64,000 nucleotides of DNA from Octopus sinensis (taxonomy: Eukaryota): NCBI RefSeq assembly GCF_006345805.1, contig NC_042998.1:143406001-143470000 (forward strand). Reading direction: 5' to 3'. Position numbers and translations under genes: made by a program. The notes under the pieces are model-generated. The model saw nothing but the letters and a program-made list of their open reading frames with translations, did not search any database and was not told the origin of the DNA. Of this stretch, positions 12,735 to 23,342 are shown piece by piece; the first letter of the stretch is position 1, and every line of letters begins with the position of its first letter.

Positions 12735-14351
12735 AATGGAAACACTATTAAAGACAGTTCATGGATTTACCAAAGAAATAGATATGAAATTTGGATTAGA
12801 AAAATGCGCCAAAGTAACCATGAAAAGAGAAAAACTAGTTAAGAGTAGCAACATCACACTAGATAAAACCAATGAAATAAAAGAATTCGACCAAAGCCAA
12901 ACTTACAAATACTTAGGAATCCATGAACTAGATAAGACACAACACACATAAATGAAAGAGAAAATAAAAAAAGAATATTATAGACGAGTTAGATCAATAC
13001 TAAAAACAGAGCTCGATGCTAAAAACAAGATAATAGGTATTCACACTTTAGCTGTCCCAGTTATAAGTTACAGCTACAATATCCTTATCTGGACACTAAA
13101 TGAACTGACCAAAATAGATAGGAAAACAAGAAAAATAATGACAGGATCTAGGATGCATCACCCAAAATCTGACATAGAAAGACTATATATACAACGTATA
13201 GAAGGTGGTAGAGGCCTTATACATCTGGAAAACTACTATAAAATAACCACCATAGGACTTCAAAAATATCTACTTCAGAAGGAAGGAAAAATGATACAAA
13301 TAGCGGCAAAACACGAGCAAAACAAAAAACTGTTCTCAGTATTTAAGGAAGCTGACAAATACAAACAAGAAATCATACCATCTAATAAATATGAATAAAA
13401 AGAAGAAGAAGATGAAGAAACAACAAAAACTATGAAACAAATGAAATCCAAACTAAAAATAGAATAGCAACGAACCATGATAAAACGATGGCAAGAAAAG
13501 CCCCTTCATGGTAAATACTAGACTAAACTAAACGCAAAAGAAATAGACAAAGAAAAATCCCAGCAATGGTTGAGAAGCTCAGGACTCAAAGCAGAGACAG
13601 AGGGATTTTTAATTGCAGCACAAAACCAAAGAATCCCCACCAGAAATTACCAAAAACATGTAATGAAAAGAAATATAACTAGTAACTGCAGAATATGTGG
13701 AGATGGACAAGAAACAATAAATCATATTATCTCTGGCTGCCCAGTCCTGGCTAAGAAGGAATATATTCAAAGACATGACAGAGTTGGAACCTACGTACAC
13801 TGGAAGCTATGCCAACATTATGGAATAACAACAGAAAAAAGATGGTATAGACACACACCAGAAAAGGTCACAGAAAACGAGAAAGCAACCATACTCTGGG
13901 ATATGCCGATACACACAGATAGAGAAATTAAGACCAACAGACCAGATATAGTTGTCAGAGATCATGAAAAAAAAATGCTTTCAAATTGATGTATCAATAC
14001 CAGCAGATGACAACGTGTCTCTAAAAGAAATGGAGAAACTTTCAAAATACAAAGACCTGGAAATAGAGGTAACCAGAATGTGGAATCTAAAAACAGAAAC
14101 AATTCCTATCATAGTAGGTGCATTAGGCATGATAAAAAAATATTCAGACAAATACATAACAAAAACACCAGGACTTACAAACACATATAACATACAGAAA
14201 ATTGCACTACTAGGCACTGCACACATCCTACGCAGAACACTTTCCATACAATAACCATCAGAGTATCACAACAAATCACAGCACATACCCAAGGCACACA
14301 GAGCTGCGCTCGGTAGTGAATTGAAAGCACATTATAAAAATAAAACTACTG
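12735..14351 (+). mobile_element. 5'-truncated Dong/R4-clade non-LTR retrotransposon (RT C-terminus, CCHC knuckle, restriction-like endonuclease)
   Basis: MKFGLEKCAK, YKYLG, EGGRGL, CRICGDGQETINHIISGC, RHD, NRPDIVV...IDVSIP, EKLSKYKDL, PIIVGALG. Several stops and one A-run frameshift. Followed by (AAT)n at 14352-14369. Confidence 0.92.
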
Positions 14352-14999
14352 AATAATAATAATAATAATCCATGGATGGAATTTATAAATACTTTTATAT
14401 CCCTACACGCGTTTCTACAGATCACATGTTTCTTACCATTATAGTCCATATTCCTGGGATCATTAGAGTACAGTCGGTAGTATCCATGGATATCGGGTGG
14501 CTCATATTCATGCGTTCATTTCTTCAGACGATATGACATTAACGTTGAATGGACAAACGAAAGAAAGTGGTACGCAACACAACTGGTAGGAGTTACATAT
14601 ATTATTTGATAAAAGGTTGACCCAACTTGAAGTTCCGTAGGCTCATAGAACGGACCTAGGAAACTTTATGTCGTAGGGTACTGAGTCAAACAGTTATCAA
14701 ATATGCCAAGAATGTGTTTAATGTGTAAAATTGGTCTATCCAAAAGTGTTACACCGCTAAAGTTACTGGCTATTTAAGCAAAATATTCGTTAAAAGCTAA
14801 TGAGTTGGAAGTGACGCTGAGAAGGAGCAACAACTCCTGAAATATTTATATGAACTCATTAATTATTTTTCTGTCTTCGATTGCATTGCTCACATATTGG
14901 TATACAGAACGTAACGTTCAGTACTGGGTCTATATTCTATCGAAAATCAGTAGAGATACACTTTATATATATATATAAACAATAACAGATGGATTGTGG

Positions 15000-15086
15000 T
15001 TCACCACAGCTGTTTCAGACGTGTTTTTCATTGATGAACAGAAGTTTTACATCATGCGAAAAAAAAACCCGTCTTCATCAGGTGAA
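15000..15086 (-). ncRNA. Type I hammerhead-like motif with a 48-nt stem II insert and a non-cleavable GUG triplet
   Basis: TTCAC-CTGATGA-AGACG...CGTCT-GAAA-CAGCTG-TG-GTGAA: stem I 5 bp, stem II 5 bp, palindromic stem III ACAGCTGT. Confidence 0.65.
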
Positions 15087-15167
15087 TACAGGTAAGAATT
15101 AACAATTAGAACTTCCCAAGAATACATACTGCCAGATGACTCTACCGATCCAAATTTAGTCATTATG

Positions 15168-15239
<72 letters not shown>

Positions 15240-15240
15240 T

Positions 15241-15673
15241 TCTTTTATTCTTTTACTTGTTTCAGTAATTTGACTGTGGCCATGCTGGAGCACCGCGAGC
15301 AAATCGACCCCAGGACTTATTCTTTGTAAGCCTAGTATTTATTCTATCGGTCTCTTTTGCCGAACCGCTAAGTTACGAGGACGTAAACACACCAGCATCG
15401 GTTGTCAAGCGATGTTGTGTGTGTGTGGGGGGGGGCAAACACAGACACACAAACATATACACACACACACACACACGCACACACACAAACACATATATTT
15501 ATGTATGAGACGGACTTCTTCCAGTTACCATCTACCAAATCCACTCACAAGGCTTTGGTCAGCCCGAGGCTCTAGTAGAAGACACTTGCTCAAGGTGCCA
15601 CGCTGTGGGACTGAACCCGGAACCATGTGGTTGGTAAGCAAGCTACTTACCACTCAGCCACTCCTGCGCCTAT
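15241..15673 (-). mobile_element. SINE family A, full length, young-looking
   Basis: Complete head (GGTTCCGGGTTCAGTCCC), body, CA/TA linker and tail (CAGCATGGCCACAGTCAAAT, TAAAAGAATAAAAGA); TA tracts on both sides. Confidence 0.9.
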
Positions 15674-15693
15674 ATGCATATTATATATGTATG

Positions 15694-15771
<78 letters not shown>

Positions 15772-16035
15772 GCAATTAAGGACAACTACTTAATAAGGAA
15801 AACTTAACAAGAAATTGTTAGGTAGATAGCGTAAAAACCTCATAAGAGAAAAAATTTCGAAAATAATTATTTCTTATTGAACATATTAATTTATATATAG
15901 AGGGCATTATACATACATGCCAGAAGGCATTATACATACATGCCAAACGCTAAGAGGGACAATCAGTCATTTCTACCAAAAATATTACTAATCCCACCGA
16001 ATGCAATTTTTCAAAGTAAGACATTTTAAAATATA

Positions 16036-16083
16036 GACCTGTATCACAGTGATTTCATACTTACGTAATCATCAGCAGCGGCC
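16036..16083 (-). ncRNA. Type I hammerhead ribozyme, copy with a 2-nt insertion in stem I
   Basis: CTG-CTGATGA-TTACGTAAGTAT-GAAA-TCACTGTGA-TA-CAG. Confidence 0.65.
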
Positions 16084-16518
16084 TGAATGTATTATAAATA
16101 AACAACCACCCTGCCCCGCTTAAGCCGATCAGCTAACTGATCAACATCAACGAAGCACATGGGTGAGTTTACATATATTACATCCGGGTAAATGGCAAAC
16201 TTTTACGAATTGCATTTCGGGAGAGGAAAGTTTTTTTCGGAATAAAAATTGCAATTAAGGACAACTACTTAATAAGGAAAACTTAACAAGAAATTGTCAG
16301 GTAGATAGCGTAAAAACCTCATAAGAGAAAAAATTTCGAAAATAATTATTTCTTATTGAACATATTAATTTATATATAGAGGGCATTATACATACATGCC
16401 AGAAGGCATTATACATACATGCCAAACGCTAAGAGGGACAATCAGTCATTTCTTTCTACCAAAAATATTACTAATCCCACCGAATGCAATTTTTCAAAGT
16501 AAGACATTTAAAAATATA

Positions 16519-16564
16519 GACCTGTATCACAGTGATTTCATACTTACGTAATCATCAGCAGGCC
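16519..16564 (-). ncRNA. Type I hammerhead ribozyme
   Basis: GGCCTG-CTGATGA-T-TAC-GTAA-GTA-T-GAAA-TCACTGTGA-TA-CAGGTC: 6-bp stem I, GNRA-capped stem II, near-palindromic stem III. Confidence 0.75.
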
Positions 16565-16741
16565 TGAATGTATTATAAATAAACAACGACCCTGCCCCGC
16601 TTAATTTTTTGTAGAAATGACTGATTGTCCCTCTTAGCGTTTGGCATATGTATAATGCCTTCTGGCATGTTGTAATGCCTTCTGGCATGTATGTATAATG
16701 CCCTCTATATATAAATTATATATATAATATATAATATATAT

Positions 16742-17204
16742 AAACAATGATAAATATCAAAGTGAGTTATATACAGTAGCGGTAACACATCGTGACGTAT
16801 TTTAGCATCCACCTTAGGGGTTAGCCATATTGAAATGGCAAAAATACGTCACGATGTGTTACCGCTACTGTATATAACTCACTTTGATATTTATCATTGT
16901 TTGATTTCACTTTTTCAATATCAGCGACAGTGGACGCTGGAAAAAGTATAAGTATTTGTGAAGGAAATCTAATTCTCGGCGACAACTATGATTGTCACAC
17001 GCTGACGAGAGGTCAATACCTCGAAACTCGAGTCCGTGTGTATCATAAGTTGAAGACGGGAAGGATGACTTCCCTTTGCAAATACTGACAGGACACAGAT
17101 AGTGTGTCTATGGCCAGCTGGAGAGTGTGTCCTCCTGGGGCTAAAAACTACAGTAGCATCCACCCTTAGGGGTTAGCCATATTGAAATGGCAAAAATACG
17201 TCAC
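16742..17204 (+). mobile_element. Non-coding hammerhead-bearing element (about 351-bp unit, terminal direct repeat, perfect 62-bp inverted 5' arm); retrozyme/PLE pLTR-like
   Basis: 16742-16803 is the exact reverse complement of 16841-16902; 16803-16852 recurs at 17154-17204; ends in (TA)n. Confidence 0.8.
16996..17040 (+). ncRNA. Canonical minimal type I hammerhead ribozyme (GUC cleavage after 17034)
   Basis: CACACG-CTGACGA-GAGG-TCAATA-CCTC-GAAA-CTCGAG-TC-CGTGTG: all core nucleotides intact, 6-bp stem I, 4-bp stem II, palindromic stem III ACTCGAGT. Confidence 0.9.
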
Positions 17205-17311
17205 TATATATATATATATATTATATATATATATATATGTATATATATAATACATGTATGTATGTATCTATACGTACATACACACATGCTTATATGCATA
17301 TACATATACAT

Positions 17312-17354
<43 letters not shown>

Positions 17355-17373
17355 CATATATATATGCATACAT

Positions 17374-17421
<48 letters not shown>

Positions 17422-18372
17422 ATGTATATATATATATATATGTATATATATATGCATAATTGTTTTCGTTCCAGCACACCATCTGAGATCAGGTCACTTG
17501 CTATGCAAGTACATCTCTGTAATATATATATATGTATGTATATATGTATGTATATGTATATGTATATGTATATAAGCATGTGTGTATGTACCTATAGATA
17601 TATTTCTGCATAGAAAACACGCACCGGCACACGCGCACGCACACACACACATACACACACTCACACACAGACACACACACACACACACTCACACACACAC
17701 AAACATGTCATTCTTGCTCTTGTTAGTGGAATAACGCATAAAAGAAAATCTTTATAGAATGCGTCTTGATTTTTGTTTAAACAAACAAAAACAAGAACAT
17801 GAACAGCAACAACAACATTTAGACAAATATCTTAACAAGAAGGTGGCAGTTGTAATCAATCAAAGTCTGTAATTTTAGAATTAAAGAAGGTAATTTTCAC
17901 GAGTTGCCTTAAACCAGAGCTTAACAACTGCTGTGAGTTTAACAATCGCTGTGAGCGGTGAAGTGTATGTATGTCCTTTCAATGGTGGATTTGAACTTGG
18001 TATTTCAAACTCATTGTCTCTTATAACGGCGGCTCTCTATTGTGTTGTCTTATTAAAGTATTCGTGGTTAGGGGCTCTTGTGGTTGAAATATCAAATAAA
18101 TTAGCTTTTATTGCTTTAGCATTGGCTTTTTATTTAACGATACTTCAAACAACTCAACTGTTTCACACACATATACACACACACATACATACACACACAC
18201 ACACATGCACACACATAAATAAGTGTGTGAGTGTTTGTGTGTGTGAGCACCTGTCTGTGTATTTATGAGAGTAAACACACGTCTTTCTATTTATGTTTCT
18301 TTCTCTCTCTGTTCCTCTCTTAGTCTCTATCTGTCTGTCTCTCTCCGTATATATATATATATATATAATATA

Positions 18373-18403
<31 letters not shown>

Positions 18404-18406
18404 ATA

Positions 18407-18450
<44 letters not shown>

Positions 18451-18487
18451 ATATATATATATATATTATATATATATATATATATTA

Positions 18488-18720
18488 CCTTACTACTTCC
18501 GTCTTTCAGTATGTGACCTCGTGAGTACCACCGGCGATTTTTTTTCCTCTGTCTTCCCTTCTCGGGATCTTCCTTCTCCTATGTTTCCGACGAAGAGCTC
18601 CGCTCGAAACGTTAAACCCTCCTGATTCCCTTCTTTCCTGAGCGTCCAATAATACTTTATTTGTTCCACATCCTTGCGTTGTTGTGTTTTTTTTTGTTTT
18701 CTTGTTTGGATTAACTTTAT
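18488..18720 (+). mobile_element. PLE pseudo-LTR/3' end (family P1) with hammerhead variant at 18583-18617
   Basis: GTTT-CCGACGA-A-GAGC-TCC-GCTC-GAAA-CG-TT-AAAC; ends GGATTAACTT+(TA)n; homologues at 21270, 48179 and 62028. Confidence 0.8.
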
Positions 18721-18766
18721 ATATATATATATATATATAATATATATATTATATATATATATATAT

Positions 18767-21480
18767 ATATACTGCATTAAATGCAACCTATGCGGGATGC
18801 TGTATGTAGGACAGACGGGACGCCGGTTGTCCGACCGTTTCACTGAACACTTGAGGGACGTTCGCCTACACTCTTTTTCTCCCGTCGCATGCCACTTCCG
18901 CTCGGCCGGCCATTCCCTAGATGACATCTCAGTGTTTGGTCTCGCCCCCCACAATTGTCGCCCACTTTCCAGGCTCCACTTGGAGCAACGCTACATCTTC
19001 ACCCTACAAACTACCACCCCCACGGACTTAACACACCCCCCTCCTCTTGAGATCCTCTTTTTTTTTTTTTTTTTCCGGATACAAACACCCACCCAACACA
19101 CCCACCCCTACCTCCCACACGCCTGTTCACACACACACATACGTAGACCCATCTACGTACATACATTCACCATTTAATCACACACACTTATAGACATACA
19201 TGCACACACTAACATACAAACCAACATGCACATACACACACTAACATACAAACCAACATGCACATACACACACACATACATACATACACACACACATACA
19301 TACTTACACACACACACACACAAACATACATACACACATACATACACACATACATACGCACATACATACACACACACTCACACACACACACCGCACGTAC
19401 ATACTTCACACACACACATGCACACATACATGTAGGCACACACATACGTACATACCCACACATGCACACCCTTACACTGAATGCACACACACATACACCT
19501 TTTTGCATCCAGGCAGCCCCCCCTCTTTTCTGCTTTCCGGTTTTGGCTGATGGATCCTCGGTTCCCGCGTAGCGGGGCGTTCGAGAGCCTTTGCGCTCGC
19601 GCGCCTTGGCGCGCGCTGGGGGCTTGGTCGGCCCCTTGGGCTTGCGTTGTACTGCTTGTGCGTTGTGTGCGTGAGCGCGCTTCGTGTGTGTGGGCTTGCT
19701 TCGGATGTGCGCGTGCGTATGTATGCATACATACCCACACACTCGCATGCATCCCTACCCACATACATACACGCACACCTACTCACCACACACATACACA
19801 CACACCACACAACATACCCGCACACACACACACATACATACATACACACACACAGACATACACCCATACACTCACACTCACACGCATACACACACACACA
19901 TACACACGCACACGTACACATACACACACCACACCTCACATACTACATTACACTTGTACACACCCACACACTTACTTCATACACACACACACCTACACAG
20001 CCATACCCTCACTCAGACACACACACCTACCTACACACACACACAAACACACCAGACATACACCCATACATACATCTACACACACACACGCCTACACACA
20101 TACATACACACATACATGCACACACACACATACACATACACACACATACGCACACACACATATACTTATACACATGCACACACACACATACATACATACA
20201 CCCATACACATACACACACACATACCTACATACTCCTATACGCACATACATACACACAGACATACACACATACACACTCACACAAACATACACACACACA
20301 TACTTACACAGACACTCACCTGCACGCGCACACACATGCATGACAAACACCCATACACTCACACTCACATACGCACACACCAACATAAACACGCACACGC
20401 ACACACACACCTACACTCCCACACACATACACACGCACCTACATACACACACGCACGCATACACACGCCACACACACGCATACACACATACATTACACGT
20501 ACACACACACCTACATACACATGCATACATACACACACACACAAACATGCACGGACACACCCAGACATACATACATACACCTATATACACACGCCCACAC
20601 ACCTACATACACACACATATACACACGCAGGCGCGCGCACGCACGCGCTTGCGCCGGTTCGTGCACGCATACGCGCCGCATGCACCTCGCTCTTGGACCC
20701 GACGAGACCTCCCGCTCGTTCCTGGGACCGTCGCTTGTCGTTGGGTTTTCCCACGCCCGTCTCCGCGGGACCACTCTTCCATCTTCCCCTCAGCTGTAGT
20801 CCTTTTTCCTTAACCCCCCTTTTTTTGTTACACACACGCGCACACATATACACACATTGCTTAATATATACATTACTCTTACACACATTCAATCTACTCG
20901 CCATTAATACTACCACGACACTGGACACACACACACACTACTACTCAACACACGCTGGCACGCTACATACGCCCCCACCCCTTCCCCTCCCTCCCTTCCT
21001 CTTTCCTTCTTTTTCTTACTACTGACCACTGTCTGCTTGCCTACCACTGTCTCGCCCTACCTCACACGCCTACACACAGACGCACACACTAACACATACA
21101 TATAATTTTTGTTTTTTTATCTCGCCTCACACACACACATACACACACGCACACGCACACACTCACACATACACACACATCTGTTGCGTTACCAACCTTG
21201 TCTCCACTCTGGCTTTAAAAACCTACTTTGCTCTTGTTATCGTAAACTTCCGCCTTTCACCATGTGTAACTCGTAAACACCAGTCGTTTTTTTTTCTCTA
21301 TCCCTGTTGCCCGCTTTGGGATCTTTCTTTCCTCTCTCTTCCTTCTTTATGTTTCCGACGAAGAGCTCCGCTCGAAACGTCATACCTTCCTGCTTCCATT
21401 TCCTGAGCGCCTATTAATAATAATACTGTAATTGTTCCATTGTTGTTGTTTTTTTGTTTTCCCGTTTGGATTAAAATTAT
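18767..21480 (+). mobile_element. 5'-truncated Penelope-like element: GIY-YIG endonuclease (18767-19032), long CA-rich 3' region, terminal P1 pLTR (hammerhead variant 21351-21385)
   Basis: IYCIKCNLCGMLYVGQTGRRLSDRFTEHLRDVR...PVACHF...HLEQRYIFTL is a PLE GIY-YIG domain. That the CA-rich part belongs to the same element is inferred. Confidence 0.75.
19080..21180. repeat. About 2-kb degenerate (CA)n/(CATA)n array with two GC-rich islands
   Basis: Direct reading; islands at about 19510-19720 and 20625-20800. Confidence 0.9.
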
Positions 21481-21507
21481 ATATATATATACACATACAT
21501 ACATACA

Positions 21508-21538
<31 letters not shown>

Positions 21539-21651
21539 TGGCGTACAGTTATAATTAGTTGAAATGCTTTAATGGACAAGTTTTACGTAATGGATGAATT
21601 TCCTGTTAAATATCACTATTTGATTTGACTTCATATACATGCATATATGTC

Positions 21652-21992
21652 GTGGCACTCTGTCGGTTACCACGACGAGGGTTCCAGATGAACCGATCAA
21701 CTGAACAGCCTGTTCGTGAAATTAACCTGCAAGTGGCTGAGCACTCCACAGACACGCATACCCTTAACGTAATTCTCGGGGAGATTCAGCGTATGACAAG
21801 GTCGGACTTTTGCAATACAGGAAGAAAAAGAATGAAAGAATATAACAGGGTTCGCCACCACCCCATGCCAGAGCCTCGTAGAGCTTTAAGTGTTTTCGCT
21901 CAATAAACACTCACAATGCCCGGTCTGGGAATCGAAACCGCGATCCTTTGACCGCAAGTCCGCTGCACTAACCACTGGGCCATTGCGCCTCC
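21652..21992 (-). mobile_element. tRNA-derived SINE, family C
   Basis: Head GGCCCAGTGGTTAGTGCAGCGGACTTGCGGTC...GGTTTCGATTCCC has A/B boxes; tail GGAACCCTCGTCGTGGTAACCGAC. Confidence 0.8.
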
Positions 21993-22020
21993 CACACACA
22001 CACACACACACACACACATA

Positions 22021-22750
22021 CTCTTTTACTCTTTTATTTGCTTCAGTCATTTGACTGCAACCATGCAGGAGCACTGCCTTTAGTCGAAGAAATCGGCCCC
22101 AGGACTTATTCTTTGTAAGCCTAGTACTTATTCTATCGGTCTGTTTTGCTGAACCGCTAAGTTACGGGGACGTAAACACACCAACATCGATTGACAAGCG
22201 ATGGTGGGGAGGATAAACACAGGCACAACAGCATACACACACACATAATCAAAATAAGCAACAAGGATATCCAGAGGTAATGCAGTACGATCGTTTCATG
22301 CAACTCCATTTAATTGAACAGTACAATCATTACATCAGTTTAAAATGTAGACCAATCTTCAGCTGCACAAAGACATAGAATTTAACTGAATTAGAACAGA
22401 TGGGCACATTAGTATAATTATACTAATGTGTTCTAATTTATTGTTCTCATTTAATAAAATTCTATGTCTTTGTGCAGCTGACGATTGGTCTACATTTTAA
22501 ATTGATGTAATGATTGCACTGTTCAATTAAATGGAGTTGCATGAAACGATCGTGCTGCATTACCTCTGGATATCCTTGTTGCTTATTTTGATTTTAATCC
22601 CCTTACTTTGAAATTATATGGATAATACCGTACTAAATTCTGGTAGAGGACACTTACCCAAGGTACCACTGCCATAACCATGTGGTTGAGAAGCAAGCTT
22701 CTTACGCCTGCGCCTATAGCTTCTTACCACACAGCCACGCCTGCACCTAT
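22021..22750 (-). mobile_element. SINE family A split in its CA linker by a palindromic insertion
   Basis: 3' half at 22021-22245; head at about 22632-22750. Confidence 0.75.
22247..22593. mobile_element. 347-bp near-perfect palindrome with a hammerhead core on each strand
   Basis: Arms of about 150 bp are reverse complements; a central 26-bp palindrome CACATTAGTATAATTATACTAATGTG; hammerhead cores at 22280-22368 (-) and 22472-22560 (+). Confidence 0.8.
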
Positions 22751-22752
22751 GC

Positions 22753-22791
<39 letters not shown>

Positions 22792-23044
22792 TTATATATG
22801 TACATTGCTAAAGCGCTCCGACATTCTGAATGGTGCCTCGTTTAAGGGTGAGGGCTTAACATTGTACTGTTGCTCCTTTATACAACATGGAAAGTGGGAT
22901 AAGTTCCGACCTAAGATGTCTTTAGTGAACCTGGCTCTGTTGCAAGCATTTAGGCCCAGTCTCCAGTCTGAAGACACCTTTCTCTCTCTCCTGCCAATTT
23001 CGGGAGGCCTTATGACATGTCATGAGCACTGTTTTCCTTCTTAA

Positions 23045-23342
23045 TTCCTATAGGCCTGTCTTGAGTCCTAGGACTCATAAATCCGGAGATTAACCCAGTT
23101 TCGATAACGTATATGTAATTAAGATTACAACACTCCCCCGCCGCACTCGAACGGGACGTCGGCTCGTCACAGGGTTAACATCACGGTTATTGCTGGAACT
23201 TATTTACAGTTGAACAGACTGGAAAAGAGGAAATGAAATGTTTTATTGAAGAACACAACGCACGGACATGTCCGTGAATCGAAACCACGACCTTACGATC
23301 GTGAGTGCAACGCCCCTAACCACTAGGCCACACACCTTCACA
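23045..23342 (-). mobile_element. tRNA-derived SINE, family D
   Basis: Head GGCCTAGTGGTTAGGGGCGTTGCACTCACGATC...GGTTTCGATTC; tail TTATGAGTCCTAGGACTCA. Confidence 0.75.

Larger units (their letters stand above)
15772..16717 (-). mobile_element. Non-coding hammerhead-bearing tandem element (about 479-bp unit, about 1.7 copies, plus an inverted 5' segment); retrozyme/PLE pLTR-like
   Basis: 15772-16123 recurs at 16251-16604; 16605-16717 is the reverse complement of an internal segment; one hammerhead per unit; abuts (TA)n. Confidence 0.8.

Noticed and set aside
17933-18268. Hydrophobic 111-aa ORF as a possible host exon
   Set aside because: No recognisable family or convincing splice sites; runs into a CA repeat. 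BLASTX could revisit this
19481-21025. 514-aa and 388-aa His/Thr-rich ORFs
   Set aside because: Translations of a (CA)n array, which lacks stop codons by composition
21930-21992. tRNA-like cloverleaf heads here and at 23270-23342
   Set aside because: They continue into SINE bodies and lack proper acceptor stems, so they are SINE heads, not tRNA genes
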